Position numbers and translations under genes: made by a program. From the NCBI GenBank assembly GCA_017438265.1, contig JAFRVZ010000006.1:46606-110605 (forward strand): 64,000 nt of DNA. Direction: 5' to 3'. This DNA comes from Bacteroidales bacterium. Lineage in GTDB: Bacteria; Bacteroidota; Bacteroidia; Bacteroidales; UBA932. The notes under the pieces are model-generated. The model did no database searches. It was not told the origin of the DNA and saw only the letters and a list, made by a program, of their open reading frames with translations. Below, piece after piece: positions 1 through 10,483 of the stretch (the first letter of the stretch is position 1; the number at the start of each line of letters is the position of its first letter).

Positions 1-582
1 GATGGCAGCTTCGGCGCCGGCGGCGATCGCGCTGTTCTGGGCGAGGAAGCCCGCGTCGCGGCCCATCACTTCGACGAAGAAGATGCGGTTGTGGCTGGTC
101 GCGGTGTCGCGGATTTTGTCCACGCATTCGACGATGGTGTTGAGGGCCGTGTCGTAGCCGATCGTCACGTCGGTCCCGTAGAGGTCGTTGTCGATCGTGC
201 CGGGGAGGCCGATGACGGGGATGTCATGCTCCGCGGCCAGGGCTTCGGCGCCGGCGAGGGAACCGTTGCCGCCGATCACGATCAGGGCGTCGATGCCGAA
301 TTTCACGAGGTTCTCGTAGGCTTTCTGCCGGCCTTCCTCCGTCATGAAGTCCTTGCTGCGGGCGGTCTTGAGGAAGGTTCCTCCGCGCTGGATCATGTTG
401 CTGACGCTTTCGGTCGTGAGTTCGCGGATTTCCCCGTCCATGAGGCCTTCATAGCCCCTGTAGATTCCCTGGACGGTCCAGCCTTCGTTGATGGCGGCGC
501 GCGTGACGGCGCGGATGCAGGCGTTCATGCCCGGAGCGTCTCCTCCGGAGGTCAGAACGCCGATGGTTCTGGTATTCTTCAT
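1..582 (-). CDS. pfkA: ATP-dependent 6-phosphofructokinase (5' part; runs off window start)
   Basis: Manual translation from ATG at 582: [21 protein letters not shown]...GGTFLKTAR...IGGNGS...PGTIDND...EVMGR, the canonical PfkA motifs. Not in the ORF track because it is truncated. Confidence 0.95.
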   Translation of the reverse strand, partial: MKNTRTIGVLTSGGDAPGMNACIRAVTRAAINEGWTVQGIYRGYEGLMDGEIRELTTESVSNMIQRGGTFLKTARSKDFMTEEGRQKAYENLVKFGIDALIVIGGNGSLAGAEALAAEHDIPVIGLPGTIDNDLYGTDVTIGYDTALNTIVECVDKIRDTATSHNRIFFVEVMGRDAGFLAQNSAIAAGAEAAI

Positions 583-693
583 GGTTCCGGTCGGACTTCT
601 TTTATTGCGGCAAGTCCATCCGTAAAAATAGCCATAAAAAATGGTTTATCGAGGTTCTTTTGTATATTAGTGGAAAGAAAAAAAGCGATTTCT

Positions 694-2982
694 ATGAAAA
701 AGTGGATTGCCGTGGCGGCGGTGCTGCTGGGGATGGCCCCGGTGGCGGGCGCGCAGCCGCTGATGAACCAGGCGAAGGACATGAGCCGGGATTACGTGGA
801 CATGACCGCCACCTATTTCTTTGCGGAGGGGCTGAAGGACTTCGATGCGGCCCGCGGCACGGGAAAGGTGCAGTGGGGGCGGTACAGTCTCGAACCGCGG
901 CAGGCGTTCAACACCAATACCGTCGTGATGGACAGGCTCCGGATGAAGGACTTCCCGGAGAGCGGCTATGAGAATGATCCGCTCTTCGACTTTCAGGTGG
1001 AATTCATTTCGGACCGCGCGGTGCGGGTCCGGATGCTGACTTCGCCCGTTCCGCCGAAGGAGGTCGGGGAACTGATGCTCAGCGAGGAGTTCCTCGCGCG
1101 CGGCCCGCAGGCGGCGTGGACCTGCACCGAGACGGAGAACGAGGTGACCTACAGCGGACCGAACGGCTCGCTGACCATCGTCCGGCGGCCCTGGCGGCTG
1201 ATCCTCCGGGACGCCTCCGGCAAGGTCCTGACCCAGACCTGGGCCCGCGAGGACGACGAGGTGACGCAGGTCAAGGTCCTGCCGTTCGGCTTCCGGAAAA
1301 GCGGCACGGACAACTCCCGGCGCCTGAATCCCGTCTTCAGCCTCAAGGCGGGGGAGCGCATCTACGGATGCGGCGAGTCCCCGACCGGACTGAACAAGGC
1401 CGGCCAGAAGGTGCACCTCTTCGTGACCGACCCGCAGGGACCGGAGACCGACGAGATGTACAAGCCGGTCCCGTTCTGGTTCTCGAACCGGGGTTACGGC
1501 GTGTTCCTCCATACGTCCGCGCCCGTGACCTGCGATTTCGGCGCGACCTATGTCGGTGCCACGAAACTGTTCATGGCCGACGAGGCGCTGGACCTCTTCC
1601 TCTTCCTCGGAACGCCGGCGCAGATCCTGGATGAATACACCGACGTCGTCGGAAAGACCCCGATGCCCCCGACGTGGAGCTTCGGCACCTGGATGAGCCG
1701 CATCACCTATTTCTCCCAGGAGGACGGCTACGAAATCGCCGCCCGGCTGCGCGAGAACCGCATTCCGGCGGACGTGATCCACTTCGATACAGGCTGGTTC
1801 GGCGTGGACTGGCAGTGCGATTACAAGTTCGCGGAAGACCGTTTTCCGGATCCCGCGAAGATGATCCGCGACCTGAAGGACCAGGGCTTCCACATCAGCC
1901 TCTGGCAGCTGCCGTACTTTACCCAGCACAACGCCTTCTACCCGGAACTGATCGAAAAGAACCTCGTCGTGCGCAACGCGGACGGCTCGCTGCCGTACGA
2001 GGACGCCTGCCTCGACTTTACGAATCCGGAAGCGGTCCGCTGGTACCAGGACAAGCTCCGCGGCCTGCTCGAGATGGGCGTCGGTGCGATCAAGGTGGAC
2101 TTCGGCGAGGGCGCTCCCTACGACGGCTTCTATGCGAACGGCCGCGGGGGCCTTTACGAGCACAACCTCTATCCGCTCCGCTACAACAAGGCGGTCTGGG
2201 AGGTCACCAAGGATGTCCAGGGCGCGGACGGCGCCATCATCTGGGCCCGCTCCGCCTGGGCCGGCTCGCAGCGCTATCCGCTCCACTGGGGCGGGGACGC
2301 GGCCAACACCAACGAGGCGATGCTCTCCACGCTCCACGCGGGCCTGAGCTTCGGCCTCTCCGGCTTCCCGTTCTGGAGCCATGACATCGGCGGCTTCGTC
2401 CAGTCGACCCCGGAGGACCTTTACCGCCGCTGGCTGCCGTTCGGCTTCCTGAGTTCCCATACCCGCAGCCACGGTGCCCCGCCGACGGAACCCTGGCTGT
2501 ACAACGAGGCGTTTACGGAATACTACCGCGCATCGGCGGAGATGAAATATGCGCTGATGCCGTACATCCTGGAACAGGCGCGCCGCTGCACGCAGACGGG
2601 CCTTCCGATGGTCCGCGCGCTCTTCCTCGAATACCCGGACGATCCGACGGCCTGGCTGGTCGAGGACCAGTACCTGTTCGGCAGCGATATCCTCGTAGCG
2701 CCGATCTTCGATGCGCCGGAGGACATCGCGGGCGTGACGCCGGCTCCGGATCCCGCGAAGACGACGGGCCTGCGCCGCTGGACGCGGCAGGTTTACCTGC
2801 CCGGCGGCGCCTGGGTGGATTACCAGACCGGAAAGACCTACAAGGCCGGCTGGAACGAGATTGCGACGGACCGGCTGGAGGCGGTGATCCTCGTCCGCAA
2901 GGGCGCGGTCATCCCGACGGCCCGGGTCGCCCAGAGTACCCGGGACATCGACTGGTCTTCGGTCCGGGAGGTCCGGTATTAG
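694..2982 (+). CDS. Secreted glycoside hydrolase family 31 (alpha-xylosidase-like)
   Basis: Signal peptide MKKWIAVAAVLLGMAPVAGAQ; IKVDFGE nucleophile motif, HWGGD, WSHDIGGF. True start is ATG 694; the track's extension to 91 is antisense to pfkA. Confidence 0.9.
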   Translation: MKKWIAVAAVLLGMAPVAGAQPLMNQAKDMSRDYVDMTATYFFAEGLKDFDAARGTGKVQWGRYSLEPRQAFNTNTVVMDRLRMKDFPESGYENDPLFDFQVEFISDRAVRVRMLTSPVPPKEVGELMLSEEFLARGPQAAWTCTETENEVTYSGPNGSLTIVRRPWRLILRDASGKVLTQTWAREDDEVTQVKVLPFGFRKSGTDNSRRLNPVFSLKAGERIYGCGESPTGLNKAGQKVHLFVTDPQGPETDEMYKPVPFWFSNRGYGVFLHTSAPVTCDFGATYVGATKLFMADEALDLFLFLGTPAQILDEYTDVVGKTPMPPTWSFGTWMSRITYFSQEDGYEIAARLRENRIPADVIHFDTGWFGVDWQCDYKFAEDRFPDPAKMIRDLKDQGFHISLWQLPYFTQHNAFYPELIEKNLVVRNADGSLPYEDACLDFTNPEAVRWYQDKLRGLLEMGVGAIKVDFGEGAPYDGFYANGRGGLYEHNLYPLRYNKAVWEVTKDVQGADGAIIWARSAWAGSQRYPLHWGGDAANTNEAMLSTLHAGLSFGLSGFPFWSHDIGGFVQSTPEDLYRRWLPFGFLSSHTRSHGAPPTEPWLYNEAFTEYYRASAEMKYALMPYILEQARRCTQTGLPMVRALFLEYPDDPTAWLVEDQYLFGSDILVAPIFDAPEDIAGVTPAPDPAKTTGLRRWTRQVYLPGGAWVDYQTGKTYKAGWNEIATDRLEAVILVRKGAVIPTARVAQSTRDIDWSSVREVRY

Positions 2983-2998
2983 TTTTCAGGAAAACGGC

Positions 2999-3826
2999 TC
3001 AGGAGAAGAGCCTGCGCCACAGGAGGCGGAGCTTCCAGGCGAGGGACCCGCGGGCGGCCTTGTCGAAGGAACGCCGGAGGCGCTGGTATTCGACGGTCTG
3101 GAGCGGGTCTGGGAAGTACTTGGCATAGAGATCCTTATGCTTGTCCCAAAGGCGGCGGCGGATGTCCTTCAGCACCGTGTCGGTAACGCGCGCGTTGCGC
3201 GAACCGCGCCGCGTGCGGTAGTACAGGCAGGGCTGCTCCAGGCGGAGCACAGCGGGCCCGCCGGGGAGCGCTTCGAACAGGCTGAGCCAGAAATCCCAGT
3301 CTTCATAGCCCGCGCCGAACGCGGGATCGAAGCCGGCCGTGCGGTCGAAATCGGCGCGGCGCAGCACGCAGGAGACATAAAGGCAGTTGCGGGAAAGCAT
3401 CGTGCCCATCGAAAAAGGCGGCAGGTCCCAGGGGATTGTCCGCTCGGGCGTACCCTTGAAGCGGGGAGCGGCGCCATAGACGAGGGTCAGGGACGGGTCG
3501 GCTTCGAGGGCGGCGATGGCGGCATCCAGATAGCCGGGGGCCAGCAGGTCGTCCGCGTCCAGGAAGAGCAGGTAGCGTCCGGCGGAGGCGGCGACGCCCG
3601 CGTTGCGTGCGGCGGCGACGCCTGCGTTCGGCTGCCGGAGCAGCCGGAAACGCCCGTCCCGGGCACACCAGTCCTCCGCCACCGCGGCGGAAGTGTCGGT
3701 CGAGCCGTCGTCCACGATCAGGCATTCCCAGTCGCGGAAGGTCTGCGCGAGGACGCTCTGAAGCGTCTCCGGCAGCCAGCGTTCCATGTTGAAGCAGGGG
3801 ACTACGATGCTCGCTAGCGGACTCAT
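2999..3826 (-). CDS. Glycosyltransferase family 2
   Basis: SIVVPCFN, IVDDGSTD, AARNAG, FLDADD, YEDWDFW motifs. Confidence 0.9.
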   Translation of the reverse strand: MSPLASIVVPCFNMERWLPETLQSVLAQTFRDWECLIVDDGSTDTSAAVAEDWCARDGRFRLLRQPNAGVAAARNAGVAASAGRYLLFLDADDLLAPGYLDAAIAALEADPSLTLVYGAAPRFKGTPERTIPWDLPPFSMGTMLSRNCLYVSCVLRRADFDRTAGFDPAFGAGYEDWDFWLSLFEALPGGPAVLRLEQPCLYYRTRRGSRNARVTDTVLKDIRRRLWDKHKDLYAKYFPDPLQTVEYQRLRRSFDKAARGSLAWKLRLLWRRLFS

Positions 3827-4803
3827 ATCTTCGTGATTTTCAGGTGGTCACAGATTTTCAGCAGGAACTCCAGGAGGGAAAAGCGGCCGCGGCGGAAGCG
3901 GGAGCGGAGCCAGCGGTAGCGGCGGGTGCGGAAGAAATGGAGGTCGTCGCCCGCCGAAAGCCGCGCGCAGGAAGCGAGCCCCCGGAAGGGATCCGCGATC
4001 ACGTCCTGCACGGCGCCGGGGCCCTCCGAGCGGACCTTCTGCAGGACCGCGGGGTCGTTCAGCACGAAGAGCCTGCGCTCCTCGCCGCTGGAGACGTTGG
4101 TGCAGACGTAGTGGACGATGCGGGCGCCGCCCAGGTAGCGGGCGCCGTACTGCAGCTGGCAGTTCCATTCGCCCGGCAGTTCCTGCAGGGGATGGCCCAG
4201 GGAGGCGTTGGCGTGCGCCAGGGCCGGCTGGTCCTGGCGGAGGCCGCGGTCATAGCCCTCGAGGTAGTATTCCCGCCAGCGGCGGAAAAACTCTTTCGCC
4301 TGGGGGCAGTCCCGGACCAGCATCACGCCGCCGTTGAAGTACACTTCCTCCCCGGAGGCGTCGAAGCCGTCCTTCCGGCAGAGGGAGAGGGTCGCGGCGC
4401 GGTGGGGATGGTCCGCAAAGCGGCAGTGGAGGTCCGCACAGGCGGCCAGCGGCCCCGGGACGGCATCGATCCCGTCCAGCGGCCCTGCGACCAGCGTATC
4501 GGAGTCCAGGTACAGGAAGTCCCCGTCGACATAGTCCCGCATCCCGGTCTTCAGCAGCCGGGAGCGCTTCATCGCGGGGAGCGCGGCGTCCAGCGCGACC
4601 GGGACGATCCGGTCGAAGAGCGCACGGAATTCCCCGGCCTGCGCCCCCCGCGTCCCGATCGCCGCGTCCGTCGCCGTATCGGTCAGCAGGACGATCCGGG
4701 CGTCGGGGTTGGTGCGGCGGGCGGAGACGGCGGACACGAAAGCCTGTTCGAAGTAGAAGTCCTCCGTCCCCGAGACCAGGACATATAGCAGTTGGGTCTT
4801 CAT
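3823..4803 (-). CDS. GT-A fold glycosyltransferase, GT8-like
   Basis: LYLDSDTLV (DxD), YFNGGVML, QDQPAL, WNCQ, IVHY. Start ATG 4803 lies just after a TATATTTG promoter element. Confidence 0.8.
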   Translation of the reverse strand: MKTQLLYVLVSGTEDFYFEQAFVSAVSARRTNPDARIVLLTDTATDAAIGTRGAQAGEFRALFDRIVPVALDAALPAMKRSRLLKTGMRDYVDGDFLYLDSDTLVAGPLDGIDAVPGPLAACADLHCRFADHPHRAATLSLCRKDGFDASGEEVYFNGGVMLVRDCPQAKEFFRRWREYYLEGYDRGLRQDQPALAHANASLGHPLQELPGEWNCQLQYGARYLGGARIVHYVCTNVSSGEERRLFVLNDPAVLQKVRSEGPGAVQDVIADPFRGLASCARLSAGDDLHFFRTRRYRWLRSRFRRGRFSLLEFLLKICDHLKITKI

Positions 4804-4843
4804 CAAGACAAATATAACACAATATTCGCTATATTTGTCTGTT

Positions 4844-7198
4844 GTGAACGAGGAAAGCAACATACGGATCGCGCGCAATACGCTCGTCATCTATGTGCGG
4901 ATGTTCGTGACGATCCTGGTGGGACTCGTCTCGAGCCGGCTGGTGCTCCAGGCGCTCGGCGCCTCGGACGTCGGCATCTACAGCGCCGTGGGAAGCACGG
5001 TCGCCCTCGTCTCCGTGATCACCGGCGCGCTCGCCGTGACGACGCAGCGCTTCATGAACATCGAACTCGGCAAGCCCGGCGGCGACCCGAACCGGATGTT
5101 CAACATCTGCCACACCGTCCACCTCGGCGGCGCCGCGCTGCTCCTCCTGCTCCTGGAGACCATCGGCATCTGGTACATCCGGACGAAGCTGAACGTTCCC
5201 GCCGGGAAGGAGGGGGACGCGATGTTCGTCTTCCAGGTCTCGACCCTGGTCGCCTGCCTCGGCATCTCGAACGTGCCTTTCCAGAGCCTCTTCACGGTCC
5301 ACGAGAAGTTCTCCGTCGTCGCGCTGGTCGACATCGTGAACGCCGTGGTGAAACTGCTGCTGATCCTGAGCCTGTTCCTGATGGAGGACAAGGGCCGGGG
5401 ACTGCGGATCTATGCCGTGATGATGAGCGTCGCGACCTGGACCTCGTTCGTCGCCTACCGGCTGCTGAGCCGCCGGCGCTGGCCGCAGACCGTGCGCTGG
5501 GCCTTCGTCCGGGACAGGTCCGCCTACCGGGAGGTGCTCTCCTTCAGCAACTACAACCTCCTCTCCGCATCGGCCGTGATCGCCCGCTCCCAGGGCTCCA
5601 ACATGCTGATCAACGCCTTCTTCGGCACGACCGTGAACGCCGCCTTCTACTATGCGACGACGGTCCAGAATTATGTCAACCAGTTCCTGGCGAACTTCGA
5701 CACGGCTTCCGCTCCCCAGATTACCCAGAGCATCGGCGCCGGGAACGAGGCGCAGGCCATCCGCCTGACCGCCCGCGTCAGCCGCATCTGCATCCTGCTG
5801 TTCCTGCTGATCTTCTTCCCGCTTTGGAGCGAGCTGCCCTTCGTGCTGCGGCTCTGGCTGGGAAGCAAGATGCCGGAAGAGACGCTCGCGATGTGCCGCC
5901 TGACCCTGCTGGTCGCGGCGGTCGCGTCGACTTCCGCCGGCATCGTCCAGCTCATCAACGCATACGGGCAGATCAAGTGGTACAAGATCCAGGGCGCGGC
6001 GCTGTTCTTCGCCTGCCTGCCCGCCGGCTGGCTGCTCTTCCGCGCCGGCTATCCGGCCCGCACCATCATCGTCTGCTTCATCCTCGCGGACCTGCTGAGC
6101 CGCATCATCCAGTTCCTCCTGCTGCGGGTCCATTTCCGCTTCCCGGTCGGCCGTTTCCTGCGGGAGGCGTACCTGCGGCCGCTCGCCGTCGCGGCGCTGA
6201 TGGGCGTCTGGCTGCTGCTCTACCGCCGGCTGCCGCTGGAAGGCGCCTGGCTGCGGCTCGCCGGCCTCCTGGCGACCCTGGCGCTGACCGCGCTCGCGGT
6301 CGTCTTCGTCGGCCTGACGGGCGAGGAGCGTTTCCGCATCCGGAAATACCTGTACCGCCGCTGGAACGCCTGGTCCTGGGACCACTGCCACGCCGCACGG
6401 ATCCGCCGCCTGTACCGGCGGACGCTCGGCCGCCGGCTGGACCTCCGGGACCCGAAGGACCTGAACGAGAAGATCCAGTGGCTGATCTGCAATACGGACA
6501 CGTCGGAGTGGACCCGGCTTTCGGACAAGCTCCGGGTCCGGGAGTATGTCGCCTCGAAGGGGTTAGGCGACCTGCTCGTCCCGCTGCTGGGCAGCTGGGA
6601 GCGCGCCGCCGATATCCCGTATGGGGACCTTCCGGAGCGTTTCGTGCTGAAATGCAACCACGACAGCCACTCGACCCATATCGTGACGCCGGATACCGAC
6701 TGTGCGGCCGTCGGGGCGGCCCTGGACGCCGCGCTGAAAGTCCGGCTCGGCTACAAGTACGGAGAGACCTTCTACAATCCGATTCCGCCGCGCATCCTCG
6801 CGGAGGAGTATCTGGACAGCGGACTGCGCGTCCCCGTGGACTACAAGGTCTGGTGCCTGGGCGGGAAACCATACTGCATCTTCACCTGCGCGAACCGCAC
6901 GGAAAAGGGGATCGAGATCGGGGTCTATACGCCGGAATGGCAGCGGCGCCCGGAGGTGCTGGCCTGCTCGGACCAGTTCCGGGGAGGCGCCGGCCTGCCG
7001 CGTCCCGCGACGCTGGACGCGATGCTCGCGGCCGCGGAGACCCTCGCGGCCGGCTTCCCGGAGGTCCGGGTCGATTTCTATGAAGTCCGGGGACGGCTCT
7101 ATTTCGGCGAGATGACATTCGCCAGCGCCTCCGGCATGATGCCGTACTTTACGCCGGAATTCCTCCGGGAAATGGGCGACAGGGTCCCCCTGGAATAG
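4844..7198 (+). CDS. Wzx-like polysaccharide flippase fused to C-terminal TupA-like ATP-grasp domain
   Basis: About 500 aa multi-TM N-terminus starting RIARNTLVIYVRM (Bacteroidetes Wzx style), then in the same frame DPKDLNEKIQWL, DKLRVREYV, FVLKCNHDS, ILAEEYL, DYKVWC, VRVDFY, YFGEMTF. Start GTG 4844 inferred. Confidence 0.8.
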   Translation: MNEESNIRIARNTLVIYVRMFVTILVGLVSSRLVLQALGASDVGIYSAVGSTVALVSVITGALAVTTQRFMNIELGKPGGDPNRMFNICHTVHLGGAALLLLLLETIGIWYIRTKLNVPAGKEGDAMFVFQVSTLVACLGISNVPFQSLFTVHEKFSVVALVDIVNAVVKLLLILSLFLMEDKGRGLRIYAVMMSVATWTSFVAYRLLSRRRWPQTVRWAFVRDRSAYREVLSFSNYNLLSASAVIARSQGSNMLINAFFGTTVNAAFYYATTVQNYVNQFLANFDTASAPQITQSIGAGNEAQAIRLTARVSRICILLFLLIFFPLWSELPFVLRLWLGSKMPEETLAMCRLTLLVAAVASTSAGIVQLINAYGQIKWYKIQGAALFFACLPAGWLLFRAGYPARTIIVCFILADLLSRIIQFLLLRVHFRFPVGRFLREAYLRPLAVAALMGVWLLLYRRLPLEGAWLRLAGLLATLALTALAVVFVGLTGEERFRIRKYLYRRWNAWSWDHCHAARIRRLYRRTLGRRLDLRDPKDLNEKIQWLICNTDTSEWTRLSDKLRVREYVASKGLGDLLVPLLGSWERAADIPYGDLPERFVLKCNHDSHSTHIVTPDTDCAAVGAALDAALKVRLGYKYGETFYNPIPPRILAEEYLDSGLRVPVDYKVWCLGGKPYCIFTCANRTEKGIEIGVYTPEWQRRPEVLACSDQFRGGAGLPRPATLDAMLAAAETLAAGFPEVRVDFYEVRGRLYFGEMTFASASGMMPYFTPEFLREMGDRVPLE

Positions 7199-7201
7199 GT
7201 T

Positions 7202-8239
7202 TTAGCGGGTTTCTCCGATGGCGGCGACGAGCGCGTCGACATTCGCGTCCGGAGTCGCCCAGCTGGTCACGAAGCGGACCGCCGCGTGATCCCCGTCGAT
7301 TTTCTGCCAGCTTTCGAAACTGAAGCGCTCGCGCAGGCGGGCGATTTCGTCGTTCGCCAGGATGGGAAACTGCTGGTTCGTCGGGCTTTCCACGAGGAAG
7401 GACGCGCCGCGTGCGCGGAAGGCATCGCGGATCCGGAAGGCCTGTTCGACGGCGTGCCGGGCGGCGCGCAGGTACAGGCCGTCCTCGAAGAGGACTTCGA
7501 ACTGGATGCCGAGCAGGCGGCCCTTGGCAAGCATGCCGCCGTTCTGCTTGATGTTGTAGCGGAAGTCACGGGCCAGTTCCGTCGTGCGGAAGACGACGGC
7601 TTCGCCGAAGAGCGCGCCCTGCTTCGTGCCGCCGATATAGAAGACGTCGGCGAGGGCGGCGACGTCCTCCAGGCGGACGTCGCAGGCGGGCGAGGCGAGG
7701 CCGTAGCCGAGCCGGGCGCCGTCGATGAAAAGCGGAATCCGCGCCTCGCGGCAGGCGGCGGCGATGTCCTTCAGCTCGGCGAGGCTGTAGAGCGTGCCTT
7801 TCTCCGTGGGGAAGGAGATGTAGACCATGCCGGGCTGGGCCATATGTTCGTGGCTGAAGTCATCGTAGTGGTCGCGGACGGCGTCGCGGATCTGCGCCGC
7901 GCGGATCTTGCCGTCCGGGGAGGGGAGGGCGAGGGCCTTGTGGCCGCTGTGCTCCACGGCGCCGGTCTCATGGACGTTGATGTGGCCGCTTTCGGCGCAG
8001 AGGACACCCTGGTGGGGGCGCAGGAGGGCGGAGATGACCGTCACGTTGGCCTGGGTCCCGCCGACGAGGAAATGGACCTGCAGGGCGTCGTTGCCGCAGG
8101 CGCGGCGGATCAGCTCCGCCGCCCGCGCGCAGTGGGGATCTTCCCCGTAGCCGGGGGTCTGTTCGAGGTTCGTCTGCGCCAGCCGCTCCAGGATCTGCGG
8201 CAGGCATCCTTCCAGATAATCGCTGTCAAATCGTTTCAT
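7202..8239 (-). CDS. ltaE: Low-specificity L-threonine aldolase (PLP)
   Basis: FDSDY, YGED, VGGTQAN, HINVHETGA, DGARL, GGTKQGALFGEA. Confidence 0.88.
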   Translation of the reverse strand: MKRFDSDYLEGCLPQILERLAQTNLEQTPGYGEDPHCARAAELIRRACGNDALQVHFLVGGTQANVTVISALLRPHQGVLCAESGHINVHETGAVEHSGHKALALPSPDGKIRAAQIRDAVRDHYDDFSHEHMAQPGMVYISFPTEKGTLYSLAELKDIAAACREARIPLFIDGARLGYGLASPACDVRLEDVAALADVFYIGGTKQGALFGEAVVFRTTELARDFRYNIKQNGGMLAKGRLLGIQFEVLFEDGLYLRAARHAVEQAFRIRDAFRARGASFLVESPTNQQFPILANDEIARLRERFSFESWQKIDGDHAAVRFVTSWATPDANVDALVAAIGETR

Positions 8240-8317
8240 ATCCTGCGTGTCTTTTCTGCCCGCTAATATACATTATTTGTGTTATATTTGTGGACAGATT
8301 AATAACCGAAACCGACA

Positions 8318-10006
8318 ATGAAATTCAGAATTCTCGCAGCGGCCGTCCTGGCCGTGATGTGCATGGCAGGCGCCTCGGCGCAGGAACGCAACCGCCAGCG
8401 GGCGCAGGGTCCGGCCGAACCGGAGATCCGCGCCGTCTTTTCTCCGAACAGGGACGTCGAACAGTACGGAAGGGCGGATTTCCGCGTCGTGCTGCGGGGG
8501 AATTTCGATAATCCGTATCTCCAGGAAGAGGCGAGCCTCGACCTGCTGCTGACCGCCCCGTCCGGAAAGCAGTTGCTGCTGCCCTGCTACTACGAGAGCG
8601 GGGAGAGCGGCTCGAACTCCCAGTGGGCCGCGCGCTTCATGCCGCAGGAAGCCGGGCAGTACCGCTTCCGCTTCGTCTACCGCGAAAACGGTGAAGTCAA
8701 GGCGGAGTCCGCCGCAGGCAGTTTCACCGCCGTGAAAAGCCACCTGACCGGCGTCCTCCATACCGACGGCAACTGGATCCTCCGCTACGACAGCGGCGAG
8801 CCTTTCCGCGGCGTCGGCGAGAATATCTGCTGGGAATCCCGCGACAGCGACGATTCGAAGTTCTTCAAGGACCTCCACGAGAACGAGGACAAGTACAACT
8901 ACGATTACATGCTGCCGAAGCTGGCGGCCAACGGCGGCAACTTCACCCGGATGTGGATGAACAACTGGAACTTCCCGATCGACTTCCAGAACCGCTTCAA
9001 CAACCGCCGTTACATCGCGACCTCCGACTACATGAACCAGAGCGCCCTGATCCGCCTGGACCACACCGTCGCCCTCGCCGAGTCGCTCGACATCCATATC
9101 ATGCTCTGCATGGGCCCCGGCAACGCCCGCACGGACGCTTCCTTCTTCACGGACGCCGCCGCGAAGGCCCGCTACCGCAACCGCCTCCGCTACATCGTCG
9201 CCCGCTGGGGCTACAGCAGCGCCATCGCGATGTGGGAGTTCTTCAACGAGATCGACAACATCCAGTTCCGTGACGCGGACAACCCGATCCCTGCAGCCGA
9301 CATCGTCGCCTGGCACACGGAAATGGCCGCCTACCTGAAGTCCATCGACCCGTTCGGCCACATCGTGACGACCTCCATCTCCCACCGCGACCTCGAAGGC
9401 CTGAACTCCGTTCCCGACATCGACCTGAACCAGAAACACATCTACCGCAATACCCGCGACATCCCTTCGACCATCCTGGAATACTCCGCCCGTTTCGGCA
9501 AGCCGTATGTGATCGGCGAAGCCGGTTTCGAGTGGGACTGGAACCTGGATTTCAACGATTTCGCGGAGGATATGGACCGGGATTTCCGCCGGGAGCTCTG
9601 GTACGGCGTCTTCAATCCGACGCCCGTCGCCCCGATGTCCTGGTGGTGGGAATTCTTCGAGGACCGGGATATGATGCGCTATATCCGTCCGGCGCGCTTC
9701 GTCAGCGAGATGATGCTCGCGGCGGGGAAGGGCTCCTTCGAGCGCCTGGAGGCTTCCTGCAGCGCCGAGGCCTATGCGGTCCGCTGCGGCAGCCGGGCCT
9801 TCCTGTACGTCTTCAACCCCACGGAGCAGCCTGTCAGCAGCGTGGAGATCGCGATGGGCGGCAAGGGAACCGCCGTCGTGGCGCAGTATGACATCGAGGA
9901 GCTGAAGACCCTGAAGCGCAAGCACCACTCCTGGAAAGAGACGCTCCGTCTGCCCGTCCAGGTCGAAGCCGGCGGGGAAGCGGTCTATGTCATGGATTTG
10001 AAATAG
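8318..10006 (+). CDS. Secreted glycoside hydrolase (DUF5060-like N-terminus plus GH-A/GH5-like TIM barrel)
   Basis: Signal peptide; NFDNPY and WAARFMP N-domain; RYIVARWGYS, WEFFNE (acid/base), VIGEAG (nucleophile). Confidence 0.75.
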   Translation: MKFRILAAAVLAVMCMAGASAQERNRQRAQGPAEPEIRAVFSPNRDVEQYGRADFRVVLRGNFDNPYLQEEASLDLLLTAPSGKQLLLPCYYESGESGSNSQWAARFMPQEAGQYRFRFVYRENGEVKAESAAGSFTAVKSHLTGVLHTDGNWILRYDSGEPFRGVGENICWESRDSDDSKFFKDLHENEDKYNYDYMLPKLAANGGNFTRMWMNNWNFPIDFQNRFNNRRYIATSDYMNQSALIRLDHTVALAESLDIHIMLCMGPGNARTDASFFTDAAAKARYRNRLRYIVARWGYSSAIAMWEFFNEIDNIQFRDADNPIPAADIVAWHTEMAAYLKSIDPFGHIVTTSISHRDLEGLNSVPDIDLNQKHIYRNTRDIPSTILEYSARFGKPYVIGEAGFEWDWNLDFNDFAEDMDRDFRRELWYGVFNPTPVAPMSWWWEFFEDRDMMRYIRPARFVSEMMLAAGKGSFERLEASCSAEAYAVRCGSRAFLYVFNPTEQPVSSVEIAMGGKGTAVVAQYDIEELKTLKRKHHSWKETLRLPVQVEAGGEAVYVMDLK

Positions 10007-10012
10007 GGAAGC

Positions 10013-10483
10013 CTACCGCGGCTTGAGGTACTCAAGGTCCTTCTTCAGGATGATCTTCGGGTCCATCATCGCGACCTTCTGGAAAAGCAGGACCATATAG
10101 CCGAGGGACAGGTAGACCTTGTCCTCGTGCTTGCCGCGGCGCCACCACTTGTAGAAGCCGACCGGGTCGTTCTCGTACGGGATCTTGGCCTTGATGCCGG
10201 CGCTGTAGCCGGGATAGTCGATGTTGAGCTGGAGGCCCATGAACTTCTTGTAGTAGTCGGGGTCGGCGCGGCGGAGCTTGCTGACGAGGGGATTCATCAC
10301 TTCGAACGGGTCAACCTTGAGGGTTTTTTCCCGCACGATCATCTTGTGGATACGGACGGGGTCGACGGTAATCCAGGCCCCCATTTTTAAGGTCTGAGGC
10401 CCTTCATCCGTCTCCAGAGTCAGCTCGTCCATCGAGTAGTAAACCTTCTCCGGGTCCAGCGGATATAGTTCTACCGTTTCCAT
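10013..10483 (-). CDS. Hypothetical protein (156 aa)
   Basis: Host-like GC3-rich codons from METVELYPLDPEK; TAACTTTG promoter on the minus strand at 10514-10521. Confidence 0.75.
   Translation of the reverse strand: METVELYPLDPEKVYYSMDELTLETDEGPQTLKMGAWITVDPVRIHKMIVREKTLKVDPFEVMNPLVSKLRRADPDYYKKFMGLQLNIDYPGYSAGIKAKIPYENDPVGFYKWWRRGKHEDKVYLSLGYMVLLFQKVAMMDPKIILKKDLEYLKPR

Noticed and set aside
91-693. N-terminal extension of the GH31 ORF
   Set aside because: It is antisense to pfkA; the signal peptide begins at ATG 694.
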